From: Limisphaerales bacterium | GTDB lineage: Bacteria > Verrucomicrobiota > Verrucomicrobiia > Limisphaerales > JAJOIW01 | NCBI GenBank assembly: GCA_965657355.1 | Contig: CBFHOE010000008.1 | Coordinates: 86,742 to 97,733 of the forward strand | DNA: 10,992 nt | Reading direction: 5' to 3' | Shown: piece by piece, positions 7,681 through 10,992 of the stretch | How the letters are laid out: each line of letters begins with the position of its first letter | Numbering within the stretch: position 1 is the stretch's first letter | Notes under the pieces: generated by a model | Databases searched by the model: none | Told to the model about the DNA's origin: nothing | The model's input: the letters and a program-made list of their open reading frames with translations, nothing else | Made by a program: the position numbers and the translations under genes

Positions 7681-10468
7681 ACATAAATTCATTTGAATTC
7701 ATAAGGACGAAAGCGACTTCAGCAAGAGCTCTTTGATGTATTGGGAGATCCGATAGATGAATATCTTTTTCCATTTCGTCGTAACCAAATAATTTCTCTT
7801 CAAATGAAAAGGGCTGTCCGGTGTTCTCCTCAACTGCATTTCTGGTGACGACATTTGGATAAATTGGTTTCGAGATGGATTTTTTGGAATGGTAACGAAC
7901 CATGGATAAAAAATACTCTAATGAACTTTTTTTCTCTTCATTTGAGACTCCCCTCCCTAAGCATTGTAAATATAGTTTATTTATAACTTTTTCAATTTCT
8001 CTAAGGTCTTTATTTGATAGATTCTTGAGTTTCGATTCATTGAAAATCTTTTTTGCCAGGTAGGATGACTGTGTCATGATGACTTCGTTATTCATTAATG
8101 AAAAGACTTGGTTGGGTGTAACTGATTCTTCACGCATCGCACAAGATAGGTCCGGATTAGGTGTGTCGAAAGTTTCCCTAAATGGATCTCTTAAACCACG
8201 CAGCTTGAGTGTATAGATAGACCTTTTATTTCTATCTTTTTTATTTAGCGATGGTTGCCATGCTTCGGCGAAAGTTCCCATAACCATTCGCGGTTGGAGG
8301 GCTGTTTCTAAATCAATGATTGGTCGAGTTGGGGGCCCTCCAGACTCTAAGTTTATTTGCCCTGAAACAAAAAGGTGACTGTCTCTTATTTCTTCGGCAG
8401 TTAGCCTACGAGGGGAGAATGACGAAAAATATTCTCTAGATTTTTGATGAGCATCTTTATCTTTTGTATGAGATAAGAAAGAGGATCTTTGCCAGGCTTG
8501 TGACGTTAAGATGAGCCGGTTAAGTGACTTTATTGAACCACTATTTTCAATAAAGTGATGGCAGAGAAAATCAAGCAGTCCCGGTATTTTGGAAGGAGCT
8601 GTCGTTGTTCCAAAATGATTGGGTGTCTCAATGAGTCCATTTCCAAAATTCCATGTCCATACCCTATTAATAATTGACCTGAGTGCTAGTGCGTTTTTCT
8701 CGGATGTTAACCATTTGGCAAAATTTAATCTCTTTCCAAATCGAGACTGAGAAGGCACTTCTGCGCAATCAATGAAATCCAATACTGATAACCTTCCGGG
8801 GTCCACTGAGGTGGTGGGTGAGAAAGGGTCCCCTCCGTCTAGAATAAAAGATTTCTCAAATTCTCCTTCCCATCGGTTCTTTGGAATTTCCTTCGGTGCT
8901 TGGTAGTTTTTCGCATTTTGCCAGGCTCCTGAGTAAACAACGTGCGCAATGGGTTGAAACATATCATCTTCCCACTGGAGTCTTTGTATTGCCTTTCGGC
9001 TAATTCTTTCCATTCCAAAGTCTTTAACTGTAAAACCCGCATGTCTTGGAGGGATTTGGTTTTCCGGCAAGCCCTTCTTCATGGCTGCGGATCTCGTCAT
9101 TGGTGGCAGGCCCCTTTCTTTGCACCATTGGAATTGGGACTCTCTTATTAATTTGTTGAGCCTGTTTAATTCCGACGTCATTAAATTTTTCCGTCTTTGA
9201 ATCGAGCCTACATCCCCGTTCGACGTAATGACCTCATCTGGGGAATAACTAAGTTTTGTTTCTGCTAATTGGGTGTTTATAAAGACCGCTTGTATGGCGT
9301 AATAATCTCGAGTTGGAATTGGATCAAATTTGTGGTCATGGCATTTTGCGCACTGTAATGGTTGGCTCAAAAATGCCTGGCCAACAAGGTCAGTCACATC
9401 ATCCAGAAATTTTTGACGCGCAATTTTAGCCACTTCCATTCCAGTCAACTCCCACGGCCCCATTCTTAGAAAACCCAATCCTAAAAGGTTTTCCGGATCA
9501 TCTGAATCCATCTCGTCACCCGCAATTTGTTGTGTAACAAATTGATCCCATGGTTTGTCTTTATTGAATGACCTGATAACAAAGTCTCTGTATCGCCAAG
9601 CACTCCCCCTAAAGAAATCATTTGCCATACCTGCAGAATCAGCATATTTGACAACATCTAACCAATGATTAGCAAATTTCTCGCCATAATGAGGAGAATT
9701 GAGTAGCTCATTAACAACCTCATCCCAATCGTTTTTCTCGATAACTTTTCTGTCGCTATATTTTGAAAGTAAGTGTTTTTGAGGTGGAAGCCCATGGAGA
9801 TTGTAAGATATCCTGCGAATTAATTCAGATGGCTCTGCGATCGCTGCCACCTCTACACCGGCTTGCTTCGCCGCCTTTTCGATAAAGTAGTCAATAGGAT
9901 TCCCTATAAAATCAGCTGGGATGCCTGGTTTTTGTAGGGGTCTGTATGGCCAAAGTTTTTCCTCTTCATACCGCCGGTTATCCCATTCTTTACTCAAGCC
10001 TCCACTGGTCCTTATGGCGACCCCCTTGGAGTATGAATTTTGAATCTTTAGGATCTCGGATGAATCGGGCCACGGAGTATTATTTTCTATCCATTTTCGA
10101 AAATGTCCTATTTCCTCCCGTGACAATTTGTCAGACTCTTTCGGGGGCATCTCCAAATCTTCAACCTCTCTTGAGATAATTTTTATAAAAATGGGAATAT
10201 TATCTTTTCCTGTTTTCAATAAGTCGGTAATTGAGTCCCCGCCTTTGGCAAAATTGGCAAAATTATCAAGAAGTAATCCTCCTTTTATTTTCTCGGGATT
10301 ATCCCCATGACATGGCATACATCGGGACTTCAGAACTGGAAATACTTCGGTAGCAAAATGTATGTTCTCTTCAGTCCAGGATGGTTGAGATTGCCCGTCA
10401 GAGTCGATCGATTGAAGGACTAATCCTGCAATAAAAAGAATGCATACTCGAATCTTTGATGTCGACAT
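7670..10468 (-). CDS. Planctomycete cytochrome c (PSCyt1) + DUF1549 (PSCyt2) + DUF1553 (PSD1) protein, secreted
   Basis: Sec-type signal peptide; CMPCH (10307-10321) with KGGL and MPP; NPIDYFI, SPHYGEKFANHWLDVVKYADS, AWRYRDFVIRSFNKDKP, QIAGD; CAKCHDHKFDPIP (CAKCH at 9338-9352); INRVW, RRLTAEEIRD, KRSIY, VTPNQVFSLMN, SNEFMYV. Confidence 0.94.
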   Translation of the reverse strand: MSTSKIRVCILFIAGLVLQSIDSDGQSQPSWTEENIHFATEVFPVLKSRCMPCHGDNPEKIKGGLLLDNFANFAKGGDSITDLLKTGKDNIPIFIKIISREVEDLEMPPKESDKLSREEIGHFRKWIENNTPWPDSSEILKIQNSYSKGVAIRTSGGLSKEWDNRRYEEEKLWPYRPLQKPGIPADFIGNPIDYFIEKAAKQAGVEVAAIAEPSELIRRISYNLHGLPPQKHLLSKYSDRKVIEKNDWDEVVNELLNSPHYGEKFANHWLDVVKYADSAGMANDFFRGSAWRYRDFVIRSFNKDKPWDQFVTQQIAGDEMDSDDPENLLGLGFLRMGPWELTGMEVAKIARQKFLDDVTDLVGQAFLSQPLQCAKCHDHKFDPIPTRDYYAIQAVFINTQLAETKLSYSPDEVITSNGDVGSIQRRKNLMTSELNRLNKLIRESQFQWCKERGLPPMTRSAAMKKGLPENQIPPRHAGFTVKDFGMERISRKAIQRLQWEDDMFQPIAHVVYSGAWQNAKNYQAPKEIPKNRWEGEFEKSFILDGGDPFSPTTSVDPGRLSVLDFIDCAEVPSQSRFGKRLNFAKWLTSEKNALALRSIINRVWTWNFGNGLIETPNHFGTTTAPSKIPGLLDFLCHHFIENSGSIKSLNRLILTSQAWQRSSFLSHTKDKDAHQKSREYFSSFSPRRLTAEEIRDSHLFVSGQINLESGGPPTRPIIDLETALQPRMVMGTFAEAWQPSLNKKDRNKRSIYTLKLRGLRDPFRETFDTPNPDLSCAMREESVTPNQVFSLMNNEVIMTQSSYLAKKIFNESKLKNLSNKDLREIEKVINKLYLQCLGRGVSNEEKKSSLEYFLSMVRYHSKKSISKPIYPNVVTRNAVEENTGQPFSFEEKLFGYDEMEKDIHLSDLPIHQRALAEVAFVLMNSNEFMYVF

Positions 10469-10570
10469 GTGCTTAAGGTGAATCTCATAAAATAATATCA
10501 GAATTTTTCAAATGTGAAAATTAATTTGAAATGGATCGGTATAAGAAATCAGATGTAATTGAGAGCAAAG

Positions 10571-10599
10571 TTGACTTATTTCAGAATCTCCGTGCTAAT
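10571..10599 (+). promoter_or_regulatory. Possible sigma70 promoter for the gene at 10623
   Basis: TTGACT (10571-10576), 17 nt, GCTAAT (10594-10599). Confidence 0.4.
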
Positions 10600-10622
10600 A
10601 GCAGAATACAGACTCACCTGAT

Positions 10623-10992
10623 ATGAAAATAAGGGCTCTTTATACCGCTTACATGATGGTTTTGATTCCGTTTGGAGGGATGCATTTACAGTCTTCCGAT
10701 CTTTCTGACTCTATTTTGAAAATAAAACAAGTCGGTCAAGAGGGGCAGGGCAACGAATCAGCAATGGAAGCATGGAGGGATCTTTCAAATTCTAAAATTA
10801 CAGACCTGCCTGAAATTATAAAGGGTCTAAATAATGCCTCACCTCTGGCTGGAAATTGGATACGCCTTGCATCTGATGTCATAGTTTCCCGCGCCCAGGA
10901 TTCCGGTAATAGTGAAGGCTTCCCATCCGATTCTTTAACGCTTCTAGTAATGGACAAAGCTAATAGCCCTGAAGCCCGAGAATTAGCCTATC
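10623..10992 (+). CDS. Secreted hypothetical protein, probably alpha-helical; 3'-truncated and absent from the ORF track
   Basis: ATG 10623 opens a stop-free frame to the window end: MKIRALYTAYMMVLIPFGGMHLQSSDLSDSILKIKQVGQEGQGNESAMEAWRDLSNSKITDLPEIIKGLNNASPLAGNWIRLASDVIVSR...SPEARELAY. The N-terminus looks like a signal peptide. VGxEGxGN and PLAxNWxR resemble a conserved PVC hypothetical family (from recollection, not searched). Confidence 0.8.
   Translation, partial: MKIRALYTAYMMVLIPFGGMHLQSSDLSDSILKIKQVGQEGQGNESAMEAWRDLSNSKITDLPEIIKGLNNASPLAGNWIRLASDVIVSRAQDSGNSEGFPSDSLTLLVMDKANSPEARELAY

Noticed and set aside
6358..10310. Short ORFs nested in the minus-strand DUF1501 and DUF1553 genes
   Set aside because: Antisense or out-of-frame shadows without independent evidence.
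10736..10957. 73-aa minus-strand ORF
   Set aside because: Antisense to the better-supported plus-strand gene starting at 10623.
1..10992. CRISPR array, IS element, tandem repeats, riboswitch or recent DNA duplication between the two modules
   Set aside because: Intergenic spacers are short and non-repetitive, no transposase motifs were seen, and the paralogs are similar only at protein-motif level.

Overview
AT-rich bacterial DNA with gene families typical of the PVC superphylum; the pilin-like and DUF1553/DUF1501 genes suggest Verrucomicrobia (inference). Left to right: the 3' part of a DUF1553 (PSD1) gene, then a Tat-signal DUF1501 gene and a stand-alone RibD-type reductase; a pilin-like H-X9-DG gene with its own predicted promoter and terminator; tRNA-Gln(TTG); a methyltransferase-like gene plus a GT8-like glycosyltransferase gene; a second, convergent planctomycete cytochrome c/DUF1549/DUF1553 + DUF1501 pair on the minus strand; and the 5' part of a secreted hypothetical gene that the ORF track misses. 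I saw no CRISPR array, mobile element, integrase or tandem repeat. The most interesting points are the two paralogous, functionally uncharacterised heme-protein + DUF1501 modules, the reductase-only RibD attached to one of them, the A1:U72 pair in tRNA-Gln, and short-leader promoters overlapped by inverted repeats. I could not demonstrate a clearly new system from sequence alone.
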